DNA of 64,000 nucleotides from Octopus sinensis (taxonomy: Eukaryota), in contig NC_043024.1 of the NCBI RefSeq assembly GCF_006345805.1, forward strand, positions 16,492,001 through 16,556,000, written 5' to 3'. The translations under genes and the position numbers were made by a program. The notes beneath the pieces were generated by a model, which was not told the origin of the DNA, ran no database searches, and saw only the letters and a list, made by a program, of their open reading frames with translations. This document shows positions 49,750 to 64,000 of the stretch, piece by piece. Each line of letters opens with the position of its first letter. Within the stretch, counting starts at the first letter, position 1.

Positions 49750-50735
49750 AGCTAGCTCCTGTAGAGGGCTCTTCATTGGGCCTTGGACCCAACAATGACA
49801 TTTCATGCATTGAATACATATTAACTTTGATCAAACTTGACCAATATTTTTCAAGCAATTAACAATTTTCATCAAAACAATGACATAATTTGTTAACTTG
49901 GAACTAATTGCAAAGCTGCATGATGAGCAACATATTTTTGTCTTCCCATTCGGGGTCAGTACAGATAGCTTGTTTCTATTCCCTACCATTGAACAACCAA
50001 CATATAGCTGACCATAGGCAACAATAAACTTACCTTTTAAAGGTTCAACAGTAATTCTTCTGCTGCCACTTAATTTAACGACAATTTGATGTATGTAGGG
50101 CCTTACTTTTCATAAAAACAATTATCTTTAGTAGCTGGTATGAATCTAAACTCCTGTTTGTAGTTTGAAGGAAAATTACACCACTGTTGCCAAACACTTT
50201 TTTAAAGTGCAATTTTTATGGTTTAGAATTGCTCCAAACATATTTGACCATAAAGATGTTTAAAATTTAGTATTTTTTTTAGTACTTTTTAAAGATAATA
50301 ATAGAATTAGTCAAATCTACTTTCATGCAGTAAGTTCAACAGCTGATGGCATGACAATAATTCTGACAAATTTTATTAATATCTGAAAAAATACTAAGTT
50401 TCCAGCACTTTTATGGTAGAGAATTATGAGAGGTAATATTGTGTGAGAGAGTAAGTTCAATATGTATTTCAGTTCCGAACGTTATGAAGCACATGTTGTT
50501 ACATTAGTTGATACATTTATAATATTTAGAGATATATTTTTTTCAAAATGTTAGGATTAAGAAAAGAAACAAGAATGAAGAATCGTAGAAGAGTCACTGA
50601 ATAGTGAGAGAGGGGTAAAGCATGAGGAATAGTAGAAGTGTCATTGAATAGTGAGAGAGGGGGTTGGAAGAGTAAAGTTGTAAAAGTGTGACTCACTGAC
50701 AGACTGACACTCGCTTTCGCATTTATTATTATAGA
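49750..50735 (-). mobile_element. Non-autonomous Helitron remnant
   Basis: 5' end TCTATAATAATAAATGCGAAAG. Helicase C-terminus YGQLYVGCSMVGNRNKL..PNGKTK at ~49910-50020. A CTAG lies near 49752. Confidence 0.65.
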
Positions 50736-50745
50736 TATATACATT

Positions 50746-50963
50746 ATGAGGGGATGCGGAAAAGCTCCTGGCCTTGGGTAAAAGAAAATACAGGAGGATC
50801 AGTTAATTAAGATTTTATTCAACAAATTCCCCTCTCAGGTTCACATACTTATTGCAGCGGTCCTTCAGTTTTTCTAAGCCCTGGAAAAGAACTTCTGGGG
50901 TTGGGCCTCCAACCATGGCTTTTATGATACCCTTTAAACCAGGAAGTTTTCAACACCCTTCCC
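50746..50963. mobile_element. mariner-type MITE
   Basis: Same family as 46725. Confidence 0.85.
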
Positions 50964-52666
50964 TATACATACACACGTGTGTGTGTGTGTTGATGCATAT
51001 ATTACTATTGTTAGGTATAGATATGTATAACAAGCTTCATGTGAAATGTAGCACCAGTTGTTAGATATAAGCTGGTGACCTTTTGACACCTTAACCCTTT
51101 GACCTTTTGGCCAGTTGTAAATTCTTTGAACAATACGTGTGCACTGAATGTGAAATTGAGTTAACTAAACTAGTCATACCCCACAATCCAGTGCCTGTCA
51201 TTAAGATTGAACTCCTGGCCCCTGTGTTTGAGTGGTCAGCTAATCAAATTTCAAGAGAATATCTTTCATAATCTCTCCAGCTAAAGTCCAAAGTAAATCT
51301 GTGCTTGTGTATGTATGCATACATATCTGTGTGTGTGTGTGTATAGCTGTGTGTATGTATGTGTGTAAAGCTGTAAGTGGGTGTATTTGTATGTAATGTG
51401 TGTTTCTGTATTTGTAGCTGTGAGTGTATAAGATCTGGATATTAAAGTTTATATGATCACTTATATGCATATGAATAATTGCAGATGTGTATATATATAT
51501 ATATATATACATGTGTGTGTATATGTAGCTGCAGTTTTGTATATGTATATACATACATATATATATACGTGTAACTGCATGTGTACGTGTATTTGTGTTT
51601 GTGTAGCTATTGGTATATTTAAATTATTCTTTGTTTTTGTGTGTATGTGTATGTAACTGTATGTGGGTGAGTGCATGGAACTCCGTAGGTGTTTAATCGT
51701 ATGTATGTATGTATGTATGTATGTATGTATGTATGTATGTATGTATGTATGTATGTATATGTGTGTGTGCGTGTGTGTGTGTGTGCTGTATTTTGTATGT
51801 CTATGTTTCTGTGCAGTATTATTTATTGCAGGCTAGTATACTGTTAATCCCGAAGGAGATTGGATTATCTCAACATCCAACTGTCCAGTGCTCACCAACA
51901 CCATCCACACCATTGCTGCTACCACCACCACCACCACAACCACTGTGCCACCTACGTATACCACTCCCATCATCACTACCAGTAACATAAATAACAACTT
52001 TTAGAACATAAAATACATGAGCCAAGAAGGAAGCCTCTACATGGTTTCTTAACCTGCTAGAAATAGCAGCAAACGATACATGACATTATTTACATTATTT
52101 ACATTTGATGAATGTTGTCCTCATCTTGTTTGTTGTTAACACATGAAATGTCTGCGATCCCTAACAGACGGCAATACTGAACAAATCAGGTGTTTTCACA
52201 CCTTTTTGCCAAAAGAGAGAATTTTTCTCCATGGTAACTGCAGTGTATTTGCCTTTAGCAGTTGAAATATATGACAAAAATATTTCAGCTAACCTAAATT
52301 CTGCTCCTAAACACTGCTTGGCGCTGACACTTCATTGGAATTATTTTTTTTCTACATGTTTGAAAAAGAAATTCTTTTATGTGGTCCTGTTACAATATAT
52401 TTCATTCCATGTGGACTTTCAAAAAAATTTTACTCCACCACCTTTCCTTCAATATAGCATACACGTCATGCAGAAGGAGCACTTCATCATACTCTTGTTT
52501 CAGTCATTAGATTGTGGCCACGCTGGGGCACCACCTTGAAGAATTTAGTCAAATGAATCGACCCCAGTCCTTTTCTGTTTGTCTTAGGTCTGATGCTTAC
52601 TCTATTGTTATCGTTTGTTGAACTACTAAGTTACAGGGACGTAAACACACCAACACCAGTTGTTAA

Positions 52667-53748
52667 CCCTTTTGTTACCAAAACGCCCAAAGCCGCCCTT
52701 TTGTTACCAAACCGCCCAAAGCCGCTATTCATATTTAAATGAGAATATCAGAGCAAATCTCTTTAGTACATTCGTGAAAACACGTGATTATGCTTCGTAA
52801 ACAGTTTATATACAGTTTTGTACAACGATCGACGTGTAATTTTTATTCCCTGAATTTTGGGAGATTTTTTTCCACATTTTTTTCGGCATCGATTTTTCTT
52901 CAACTTTGAAAATGGATAGGAGTTTCATGTTATCAAGCATTGATTCCGAATTGGAAAATTTGTGAAACAAATACTGGGTACTGTTGTGGATTTAGTTTTT
53001 ATACAGGGAGACTAATGTTTGTCAGCATGGCTTAGGGTATGATGTGGTTGGAAGTTATTGTTTGAAGCGATCAATGTGGAAACAAACTTACGCAGAATGT
53101 AAACAAACACAAAATTGGGGTTCAAATTTCGGAAAATTTGTGAAGCAAATACTGGGTACTGCGTGGATTTAGTTTTTATACAGGGAAAATAATGTTAGTC
53201 AGCATGGCCTAGGGAACGATGTGGTCTGAAATTTATCACTTCCATACCATAACCAGGGCCCTATTTTATTTTTTGACCGATTTCTTTAGTTCGGGCAAAC
53301 TTACAGTAGATTCCAGTATTTCACCTTATTCCACCTTTATGGTACACCTGTTGTGCATTAAATTCAACTGATGATATAGTGATGTGCACAATTCTTCTTT
53401 ATCAAAATTTTGTTGCATACCCATTTGAATATTAGCTGATGATTCATTTTCTATGGTGATGTTTAAACAAAATTTTAATATTTTTACCTTTTGCTCAATT
53501 TAAAATTTTTATATTTTTACCTTTTGCTCAATTTACCTGGATTTACCTGTAATTAAAGTCACTTTGAGACAAAAGTAATGTAATAGAATTGATTAAGAAC
53601 CCTTTCTTTAATTTTGTTCCAAATATCACATTAATATGTTGATAAGTAAAAAAGTTACAGTTATTTAATGAAACAAGCCTAGATTCATGATTATTTAATT
53701 GAAACTCATGAGGGGTTTATTTTGGTCAGAAATATAGGGACGAAAGGG
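52667..53748. mobile_element. piggyBac-like non-autonomous element inserted in a minus-strand SINE A (~52490-53920)
   Basis: TTAA at 52663-52666 and 53749-53752, with CCCTTT...AAAGGG ends. The SINE resumes exactly across the insert. Confidence 0.88.
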
Positions 53749-54684
53749 TTAAATGGTGGTGGGGGATAAACACAGACACACACACACACACATTTACATG
53801 ACAGGCTTCTTTCAGTTTCCTGTCTACCAAATCCACTCACAAGGCTTTGATCAGCCCAAGGCTATAGCAGAAGACACTTGCCCAAGGTGCCATGCAGTGG
53901 GACTGAACCCAGAGCCATGTGCCTGGCTTTTGTAGTTAGGTACTGACCCCTTGCAACTAAGATCAAGCTTTCCCTTTCTCCTTTACATTCAGAGATCTTT
54001 AATCACTGTTGCCTTTAACTCTGACTTGCTTCTGTACACTTGAATATTATTCTCTCCAATTTTCTTCCGTATATCTTAGAACATTTTCTGCTGTTAGTCT
54101 CATGTAATGACATAAATATCATTTCCACTTACTGCAGATCCTTATAGAATCACTTTATTATTATTATTATTATTATTATTAGGATTATGATTATGATTGT
54201 TTTTTTTACCTTTGGTTTTGGCTCTGGTATTGTTATTAAATATATTTCTGTGTTTTATATTTTCATTTGTATTGAGAGCCATGTTTCCATGTCCATCGTA
54301 TTATTCAGCAGAACCAATTCTATCATTGTTATCAAAATGAAATGAAATGTCCTTGTAATGGTAAATCTCATTGCTTTACTTTTTTTAGATCGTTGTTATC
54401 TAAGGCCTGTCTTTTCATAACTGATTCTATGTAAACCCTACCACTTTTCTAATGTGCCATTGTAGTGTACTCTTAGCAGCCAGCTTTGTTGTAAATAAAA
54501 CAATAACCATTATCAACATAGAGGCAAGATGGAAGAATTATTAGAGTGACAGAAAAATTGCTTTATAGTAATTCTTCTGATGCTTTAAATCAGTGGCTCC
54601 CTTGGAGGTGGTGGAATGATCCAGCGGTGGGAGCATTGAATAAAAGTGGGATGATAATGGGGTAGCCAAAATAGGGTGATATCC

Positions 54685-54897
54685 TTTTTTTCTTTTATTT
54701 GTTTCAGTCATTTGACTGTGGCCATGCTGGAGCACCACCTGTAGTTGAGCAAATCAACCCCAGGACTTATTCTTTGTAAGCCTAGTACTTATTCTATCGG
54801 TCACTCTTGCCGAACTGCAAAGTGGCGGGGACATAAACACACCAGCATCAGTTGTCAAGCGATGTTGGGGGGACAAACATAGACACACATGCACAAA

Positions 54898-54943
<46 letters not shown>

Positions 54944-55118
54944 CACATATATATGACGGGCTTCTTTCAGTTTCCGTCTGCCAAATCCACTCACAAGGCT
55001 TTGGTCTGCCCGGGGCTATAGTAGAAGACACTTGCCCAAGGTGCCATGCAGTGTGACTGAACCCAGAACCATGTGGTTGGTAAGCAAGCTACTTACCACG
55101 CAGCCACTCCTGCACCTA
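54685..55118 (-). mobile_element. SINE family A, full length
   Basis: Reverse complement of the consensus. Confidence 0.93.
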
Positions 55119-55149
55119 TAAAAAAATATTAATAGGTTAATTGGGTATA

Positions 55150-55432
55150 GAGAAGGCACATAGTCTAGTGGTTAGAGAAGTAGACTTGTGGTTGAGGGAT
55201 TGTGGGTTCAAATCTCAGACTGGGTAATGTGTGTGTTTATGAGTGAAACAGCTAAGCTCCAAGTGGCTCTGGTAGAAGGTAATGGTGAACCTCTGATGAC
55301 TGTTTTGCCACAAATTTCTTTTGCGCTTTCTTCTGCAACTATCAGCTCACTTGGGATTAACCGGTATCCTGTCCAGTTGGGCAACCTGCACGCTAATGAA
55401 ATTGGAAAACCAGCCCTTATGAGCCAGGGACA
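55150..55432 (+). mobile_element. tRNA-derived SINE related to family C; a second, 5'-truncated copy lies at ~60503-60725
   Basis: tagtctagtgg and ggttcaaatc boxes. tttatgag.gaaaca.ctaag and cc.gtccag.tggg are shared by the two copies. Confidence 0.7.
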
Positions 55433-56584
55433 ACAATTCGGTATAAGTTTTATTTGTGAAATACAGCTGTTTTGAATTTGCTGCAGAAAGTGGTCTATAT
55501 TTGTGGTGGGGAGGTGAGTGGGGTGCTAGGAATGTGGCCTGGGTGCCAAAGGGGCAGCAGCTTGAAAAAGTTTGGTAACTACTGCTTTAAGTTCTAGGTT
55601 CAGATCCCACCTAGGCCCACTTTGTCTTTCATCATTTTGGGGTTGATAAATTAAAGTATTAGTCAAGTTCTTAGACTGATGCTATAAAGGTTTCTTTCCT
55701 GTTAAACGAACCTTTGTTAGTTAAACCATGCGGAAAAGATCTGAGCATATCCTCGTCATTGTGTTAACATCTAATTTTCTATGCTTGCATAGATGGCCAG
55801 AATTTGTTAGAGACAGATTCTCTGTGGCTCTTCCCTCACCTGTTTCAAAGTAATGCAATATTTCTCTGTGGCTGGACATGTTCCCATGGAAGATTGGCAA
55901 TGAAGGACAACACTTGTATGCTGATGACACATGTTTATAACAATCACAAGATGTGAAAACAAGACACCAACTCACACACATGTATGCAATGGGCTTCTTT
56001 CAGTTTTCATCTACCAAATCCACTCAGAAGTCTTTGGTTGGCCTTAGGCTGTAGAAGACACTTGCCCAAGGTGCCATGCAGTGGGACTGATTTTGGAACC
56101 CTGTGGTTGGTTGGGAAGCAAGCTTCTTAATCACACAGCCTGTAATTCAAAGGGTTGGCCTTGTCACAGATTGTAGCATCCTGATTCTGCCAAAGAATTA
56201 AGGAGGCAGGATTGGCATATCGTGGTGGCATACTCAATCACTAGCACAGTATTTCAACCAGCATAAACAGCAGGTCACTAATAATGATGTCAAAAATGTC
56301 CATCTTCATTACATTTATTGAAAAGGATTCTAAAATAAAGTGAAAATATGTGTGATTTGTTAATGGTTGTTGAAAATGTAGGAATAACAGGAAATTTCTG
56401 TGGCTGAAGTAAAGGAAACATTGATATCACAGAGTGTCAGAACTACCTGCTAACAATTGACCAGATGCATTGTCTGCTATGCACACTAGCTCACATACAC
56501 AAACGCACACACACATGCATGTACGTACAAATGTATATTTGTTCATTCAACACATTCTTTTTCCATACTAACATGGTTTTGGAT

Positions 56585-56635
<51 letters not shown>

Positions 56636-57479
56636 AGTTTTAAATAATGATCATAACATATTTTTCATTAGAGCAAATTTGGCTTATATATGTGTGTGTA
56701 TATGTAAGTATATATATATGTACACACATACATGTACACCATTTCTCTACAGCGAGGAATTTTCTCCATGACAAACACAATGAGTAGCTTCATGGGTTTA
56801 AATATGCCCAAAGCGCATTTGAACTGGTAACAACCTTGTTTATACATGTATGTATGTATGTATGTATCTATGGTGGTACAGCTACCAAGCTCAAATTATG
56901 TGATGGCCTTTGGAAGACACTCTGTGTCCAAGTTGTATAATGGAACATTAGTGAATCATATATCCAAACCAGAAACACCCTTTTAACGTTAGAGCAGCAG
57001 TGTATTGCATTATATATCCACAGCCATTAGTGTCTGTTGAGTTTTTGATAAGGCTCAGTGCCTTGTGGATGCGGAACCACAGGACACTCTATGACTGGCC
57101 AAATAATTATAAATTATTGAAGTGGCTAGTCGCAATTTAAAACCAAAAGGCACATGAACAAACTTCACTAAAAGTGACTAAGGGTTCAAGTAAGCACCAG
57201 CATTGCTAGAAATAAGAGTTAAAACAAGTCTTAGCCATGAGCAGAACATTTTCTGGTACAAAAGCACTTATCTATCAGTTGACAAAGAGGACAAGCTCCA
57301 TAAGCCAGCGAGGCTGCCATATCATTGTGATTTCGGATCAAATTAATCCCCATCGGTGACACTACTCTGTTGCCTAGGTTTAAAGCTGACTCACTTTGTC
57401 AGTTTATAGAAAATAACATCTGAATCATTTGTTGAAACACTCTTGGATGGTGCTTAACTCTCTTGAGTTCATTCAGATT

Positions 57480-57650
57480 TTGACAGGTTTTGTGAGGTTG
57501 TTGTCTGCCTGTCCACACATTGTACCGGATGTTCAAAAAGTCTCTCCGCAGTGAATTTTTTTTTTTTTCCAAGATGTATTTCAAAACGTGTAGAAGAGTC
57601 AACTTATGTACTGAAAATGAAGGACAACACTTCCAACACCTCTTATAAAG
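57480..57650 (+). pseudogene. Tc1/mariner transposase C-terminal scrap
   Basis: RRVNLCTENEGQHFQHLL*. Confidence 0.6.
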
Positions 57651-57726
57651 TTTTTTTAAAGTCTTGTAAAGTCTAATATGTTCTTTAGAAGTCTTATACC
57701 ATCTTATAAATATTTATTTTACAATA

Positions 57727-58131
57727 GGCGCAGGAGTGGCTGTGTGGTAAGTAGCTTGCTTACCAACCACATGGTTCCGGGTTCAGTCCCACTGCATAGC
57801 ACCTTGGGCAAGTGTCTTCTACTATAGCCTCGGGCCGACCAAAGCCTTGTGAGTGGATCTGGTAGACGGAAACTGAAAGAAGCCTGTCGTATATATGTAT
57901 ATATATATGCGTGTGTGTGTTTGTGTGTCTGTGTTTGTCCCCCTAGCATTGCTTGACAACCGATGCCGGTGTGTTTATGTCCCCATTACTTAGCGGTTCG
58001 GCAAAAGAGACCGATAGAATAAGTACTGGGCTTACAAAAGAATAAGTCCCAAGGTCGAGTTGCTCGATTAAAAAGGTGGTGCTCCAGCATGGCCGCAGTC
58101 AAATGACTGAAACAAGTAAAAGAGTAAAGAG
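57727..58131 (+). mobile_element. SINE family A, full length
   Basis: Near-identical to 46267-46683. Confidence 0.95.
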
Positions 58132-58625
58132 TATATATATATATATATATATATATCAACTGTGTGCTTATATGTACAGACATAGAAGCAATACAGTTGA
58201 CACTATCTACACATAAACACATATCTACATTCACATATATGTTCGCGCTATATGTACATGTATGTACATACTTCTTACGATACTACTGCATTCCATATTC
58301 AGATATACTCACATAGGTATAGATGCACACTCCCACATACATGTGTTAGAGATTGAAACATGTAGCGTCAGATGACCCCATGCAAATGTATAAATATATA
58401 TATTTTTTTATTCTTCTATTCTTTTATTTGTTTCAATCATTTGACTGCGGCCATGCTGGAGTACTGCCTTTAGTCGAATAAATCGACCTCAAGACTTATT
58501 CTTTGTAAGCCTAGAACTTATTCTATCAGTCTCTTTTGCCAAACCGCTCAATTACAGTGACATAAACACACAAACATTGGCTATCAAGTGATGGTGGGGG
58601 GACAAACATAAATATACAAACACAC

Positions 58626-60500
58626 AGATGGTACTCTTAGCGCTCCACTAGCACAGATGCCAGTCATCGAATTTGATTTCGACTTCGATTTTCACTTGCC
58701 TCAACAGGTCTTCGCAAGCAGAGTTTAGTGCCCAATGAAGGAAAGGTATGCATAAGTGGACTGGTTACACCTCGGGCATAGGCCATGAGATTATGGTCTC
58801 ACTTGGCTTGCCAAGTCTTCTCAAGCACAGCATATTTCCAAAGGTCCTGGTCACTAGTCATTGCCTCACTGAGGCCAAATGTTTGAAGGTCATGCTTCAC
58901 CACCTCATCCCAGGCCTTCCTGGGTCTATCTCTTCCACAGGTTCCCTCAACTGCTACGATGTGGAACTTTTTCACACAGCTATCCACATCCACTTTCGCC
59001 ACATGACCATACCAGCACAGCTGTCTCTCTTGCACACCACATCTGATGCTTCTTAGGTCTAACATTCTCTCAAGGTACTTACACTCTGTTGTGTATGCAC
59101 ACTGACATTACACATCCATCGGAGCATACTGGCTTCATTCCTTGTTAGTTTAAGCTTGTCCTCAGAAGTCACGGCCCATGTTTCACTGCCATGTAGCATG
59201 GCTGTTCGTACACCTGCATCGTACAGTCTACCTTTTACTCTGAGCAAGAGGCCCTTTGTCACCAGCAGAGGTAAGAGCTCTCTGAACTTAGCCCAGGCTA
59301 TTCTTATTCTAGCAGCTACACTTTCAGCGCACCATCCCCTGCTACTGACTTGGTCACCTAGGTAACGGAAGCTATCAAGTACTTCTAGTTTTCCTCCCTG
59401 GAATGTGGTGAAAGTTGTTCTCTGCGCATTTTCAGAGTTTATTGCTCCCGAGCATCTGCCACATACAAAAACTATCTTCCCAGTTAGCCATCCTTTGATA
59501 TTGCTTCACCTCTTATGTGTCCATAGCTTTCACTGGGTACACCTTATGGAGTTTCTACCTACGCCTTTTCTACAGATCGAGCAGGGCCATCTACCTGAAG
59601 GGATTTGTGGCTTGCCTGCCTTCCTACTTATTAGGACTTTGGTTTTAGCTAGGTTGACTCTAAGGCCCTTTGATTCTAATCCTTGTTTCCACACTTGAAA
59701 CTTCTCCTCTAGTTCTGATAGTGACTCAGCAATTAGAGCAAGGTCATCAGCATAGAGGAGCTCCCAGGGGCATCTTGTCTTGAATTCCTCTTTTATTGCC
59801 TGGAGGACTATGATAAATAGGATGGTGCTGAGGACTGATCCTTGGTGGACCCCTACCTCTACCTGGAATTCTTCACTGTACTCGTTGCCAACCCTCACCT
59901 TACTAACAGCATCCCTGTACATGGCACGCACAGCTCTCACTTTATATTTGGCGAGGTATTTCTCCTGCAGCTGTCTTACCAGAAATATAGCATCAGTGGT
60001 ACTTTTCCCTGGCACGAACCCGAACTGCAACTCATCTAGACTGACTCTCTCCCTAATTAGTTGGGCTATGACCCTCTCCGTAACCTTCATTACCTGATCT
60101 AACAACTTGATACTTCTGTAATTATTTGGATCTAAAGCGTCACCTTTACCTTTGTAGCAGTTGACTATTATGCTGCTACACTAGTCATTGGGTATGACTC
60201 CTTCATGCATCACCTGGTTAACTATATGGGTGACTAGGCTATAGCTGACACCGCCAGATATTTTGAGCATCTCTGCAGTGATTCCTGATGGGCTGGGGGC
60301 TTTCCCTGTCTTCATACCCTTAATTGATTTATCTACCAAGGTACTGTCAACTCAGATAGATGGTCCCACTGTTGGGTCGACATTCGGCAGACTCACTTTC
60401 TCCCATTCGTTTTCTTTATTGAGCAACCTTTCATAGTGGCATTTCTGAACCTCTCTCTTTGCAGCCTCATTTAGTGCAAGAGAACTATCATCCATGCGGA
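58626..60500 (-). mobile_element. RTE LINE RT and C-terminus, same family as 32610-34570
   Basis: GVHQGSVLS, LLYADDL, LHGSETW and GRPRKAW-like motifs. An internal deletion at ~59940 removes the AFVD.EKAFD block. Confidence 0.93.
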
Positions 60501-60729
60501 CACCGCGGGTTCGAATCTTAGACCGGGCGATGTATGTGTTTATGAGCGAAACACCTAAGTCCAGGCAGCTCTGGCAGAAGGGAATGGCGAACTTCTGATT
60601 CTTTTGCCACAACTTTCACTCACCAGTGACAGACCAGCGTCCCGTCCAGGTGGGGAACCTATGGCGCCAAGGAAATCGGGCAACTGGCACTTATGGCAGA
60701 CATGGCTTGAGAAGGAACAAAGAACAATA

Positions 60730-60778
60730 TATATGTTTATGTATATATATGTATGTATATATATGTATATATATGTAT

Positions 60779-60818
<40 letters not shown>

Positions 60819-61165
60819 TTATATGTATATGTATATGTGTATATATATATGTATGTATGTATGTATATATGTATGTATATATGTATGTATATATGTATAT
60901 ATATATGTATATATACATGTATATGTATATATATATGTATATGTATGTATATATGTATATATATATGTATATGTATGTATATATGTATATATATATGTAT
61001 ATGTATATATATATGTATATGTATATATATATGTATATAAGTATATATATATATGATATATATATATGTATAATATATGTATATAGTATATATATATGTA
61101 TATATATATGTATATAAGTATATATATATGTATATATATGTATATGTATATATATAGTATATATG

Positions 61166-61196
<31 letters not shown>

Positions 61197-61901
61197 GTAT
61201 ATAAGTATATATATATGTATATAAGTATATATATATGTATATAAGTCTATATATATATGTATATAAGTATATATATATGTATATAATATATATATATGTA
61301 TATATAATGTATATATATTATGTATATAAGTATATATATATGTATATAAGTATATATATATGTATATATAGTATATATATATGTATATATAGTATAATAT
61401 ATATGTATATATATATATATATTGTATATATATATATATATGTATATATTGTATATAAGTATATATATGTATATATATATATGTATTATATATGTATATA
61501 TGTATATTATATATATATATGATATATATATATATAATATGTATATATGTATATATAATATGTATATATGTATATTGTATATATATGTATATAGTATATA
61601 TATATATATGTATATGTATATATGTATATATATGTATATATGTATATATATGTATATATGTATATATATGTATTGTATATATATTGTATATATGTATATG
61701 TATGTATATAATGTATATATATGTATATATGTATATATGTATATATATATATGTTATATATATATGTATATATGTATATATATATGTATATAGTATATGT
61801 ATATATGTATAATATATATATATGTATATGTATATGTATATAATATGTATATATGTATGTATATAATATATGTATATAAGATATGTATATATATATATAT
61901 G

Positions 61902-61938
<37 letters not shown>

Positions 61939-61985
61939 ATATATCTATATATATATAATATTATATATATATACACACATACATT
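60730..61985. repeat. ~1.25 kb (TA)n/(TATG)n microsatellite
   Basis: Directly visible. Confidence 0.98.
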
Positions 61986-62009
61986 GTTCACCAATATGAG
62001 CACACACAG

Positions 62010-62330
62010 ATAGACAATGCACTCTCCTGTGGGTCATGACCATATAATATTATAATCACACCATGTTTCTGTTTCAAAACGTATGGCGGCAGTCTCTGTG
62101 GAGTCTCTATTATTTTCATAAATTTCCTAAATATATACAACTGCAGCAATGTGTTGTATCTGCGGGATATCGCATATACATCATCTTTTATATACAAAAT
62201 ATGATGACAATAATATGGAAGGTTGTGTTGTGTTCATTGAATATTCATATCCAAAGTTTTGTATACAAACAGACATCAGAAATGACTCAGGACATGTCTG
62301 TGCACTAAACTTTATGGCCAGAAACATTGG
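62010..62330 (-). pseudogene. Old Helitron Pif1 helicase scrap
   Basis: KDDVYAI..FMKIIETPQRLPPYVLKQKHGVIIIL..DP resembles the EFLN..GLPPH.L.LK.G..IML.N.DP motif. Confidence 0.5.
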
Positions 62331-63276
62331 TAATTTCTATAGTTATGTAAATTCAATTGTTTCATATCATTTCTTCTTTGTTCTAATCATTACACTGTGG
62401 CCATACTGTGGCACCACCTTTGGGGAATGTAGTGTTTCATGATGATTCCAGGACAGATTTTAGTGGTTTACAGTTATTGCAGACACATGGACATATATGA
62501 CAGGCTTCCACACAGTTTCCGTTTTCTTGTTTTACTCACAGGCCTTGGTTGGTGCAAGGCCATAGTCAAAGACATTTGCCCAAGGTGCCACATGAAAATA
62601 CTGTTGAATGGAAGACCGCATAGTTGAGAAATAAATTTCCTAATTGCACGGCCATGCCTGTACCTATACATGAGCATGCGTGCGCGCACACACACACACA
62701 CACACACACCAAGATATTTAAGATTTGTCAGAATACTTTGAGTGACATTAAATGCATAAATACACCATGGCAATTATTATATTGTTAATAAGAAGCAAGT
62801 CCAGCTGATCAAACAACTGTGATACACATTGTGGAAACTGCAAGAAGATCTTCTAATTACATTTGCTTTATAGTCATCTGCTAATTGGTCTTTTAATTAT
62901 GTTTATGTCTTTCTCATATGATATCAGATTTAACTATGATCTGCTGCTCTGTCGTTACACTAAAACTCCATATGTGTGTATTGTTACTTTTTAAAAGAAA
63001 GAGAGATGGAAGTTCATGGGAGTATCACAGAGTTATTCTCTCAGGAATTAAAACTGTAGCTTGGTAACTTTGGGGTGCTCAGAGGCAGACACGGATCAAG
63101 TTGAGATATGATCATAGACATTCCAATCATAACCCTCTCACTTTATTTTGGGGCATACTCCATCTAGGTCTTACATTATCCAATATGCTCTCCCCCTCAT
63201 TTCAAAGTTGTTAATATGATTTCTGGTGATATGCAGTGATCAGTCTTATTTGGCCTCATAGATGACATTGTGTTGG

Positions 63277-63474
63277 TCATTTGCATTGTAGACAGTGTTG
63301 ATTATTGGTTACCTGAACACTTACATTTTTGTCACAGACTGGACTGTTCTTTGATCTTTTACTGTGAAATTTATTTTTCTTCAGTGACTTCACTTCTCCA
63401 TAACACACACAGCAGATTTTAAGCATCCGGTTTCTAGTTTCACAGTCACAACAAATTTGGAGATAGTGTTGCAT
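63277..63474 (-). pseudogene. Possible piggyBac C-terminal cysteine-rich domain remnant
   Basis: Cysteine spacing CCVCY...VCDK...HCLQC. Confidence 0.3.
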
Positions 63475-63721
63475 TGAGGTAATTTTCTTTACTTGTCTGC
63501 TTTCAGTCTTCTGGTCTCAGCTGTCAGTGATATTTATCTATAGCCTACTATTTCTAGCAGGCTGCCTTGTTGGCTTGATATTGTATTTTATTCTATGTTT
63601 TGTCAAGGCACAAAACTCTTTTTGTCTCCCTAGCTCTTACAGTCATCGGAAGCTAAGGTTACTGAACAACTGGACACATGATTGTGAGTTCAGACCTTAA
63701 TAATATTTGCGTATTGTCATC

Positions 63722-64000
63722 AGTGCAGGTATGGCTGTGTAGTAAGAAGCTTGCTTCCCAACTACATGGTTCTGGGATCAGTCCCACTGCATGGCACCTT
63801 GGGAAAGTGTCTTGTACTATAGCGTTGGGCCGACCAAAGCAGATTTGGTAGATGGAAACAGAAAGAAGCCTGTTGTATGTATATATATATATATATATGT
63901 ATATATTTGTTTGTGTCAGTATTTGTCCCCCCCCCCACCATCACTTGACAATCAATGTTGGTGTGTTTACCTACCCATAACTCAGTGGTTCAGCAAAAAG
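63722..64000 (+). mobile_element. SINE family A, cut by the window end
   Basis: Consensus match. Confidence 0.88.

Noticed and set aside
60604-62003. Long ORFs (up to 394 aa) rich in Y/I/M/C/V
   Set aside because: These are translations of (TA)n/(TG)n microsatellites. The same applies at 28289-28739, 29174-29744, 36307-37586, 41024-41701 and 44197-44634.

Overview
AT-rich, microsatellite-laden eukaryotic DNA, most likely octopus or another coleoid cephalopod. That assignment is an inference from the tRNA-derived SINE families, RTE LINEs and (TA)/(CA) tracts. I can support no intact host gene; the window looks like an intron or gene desert made almost entirely of nested transposon remnants. 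These include at least four SINE families, several RTE/BovB, CR1 and R4/Dong LINE fragments, Penelope-like fragments, Tc1/mariner, hAT, piggyBac-like and Merlin elements, a solo LTR and three Helitron remnants. Most listed ORFs are microsatellite or antisense artefacts. Two structures stand out. First, a ~12.3 kb unit (11375-23668) in which ~1 kb inverted arms flank a decayed Helitron HUH-Rep/Pif1 gene plus a possible second ORF. Second, several type-I hammerhead ribozyme motifs, some inside long or perfect DNA palindromes of Penelope type. All alignments and translations were done by eye, so boundaries are approximate unless a TSD or TIR fixes them.
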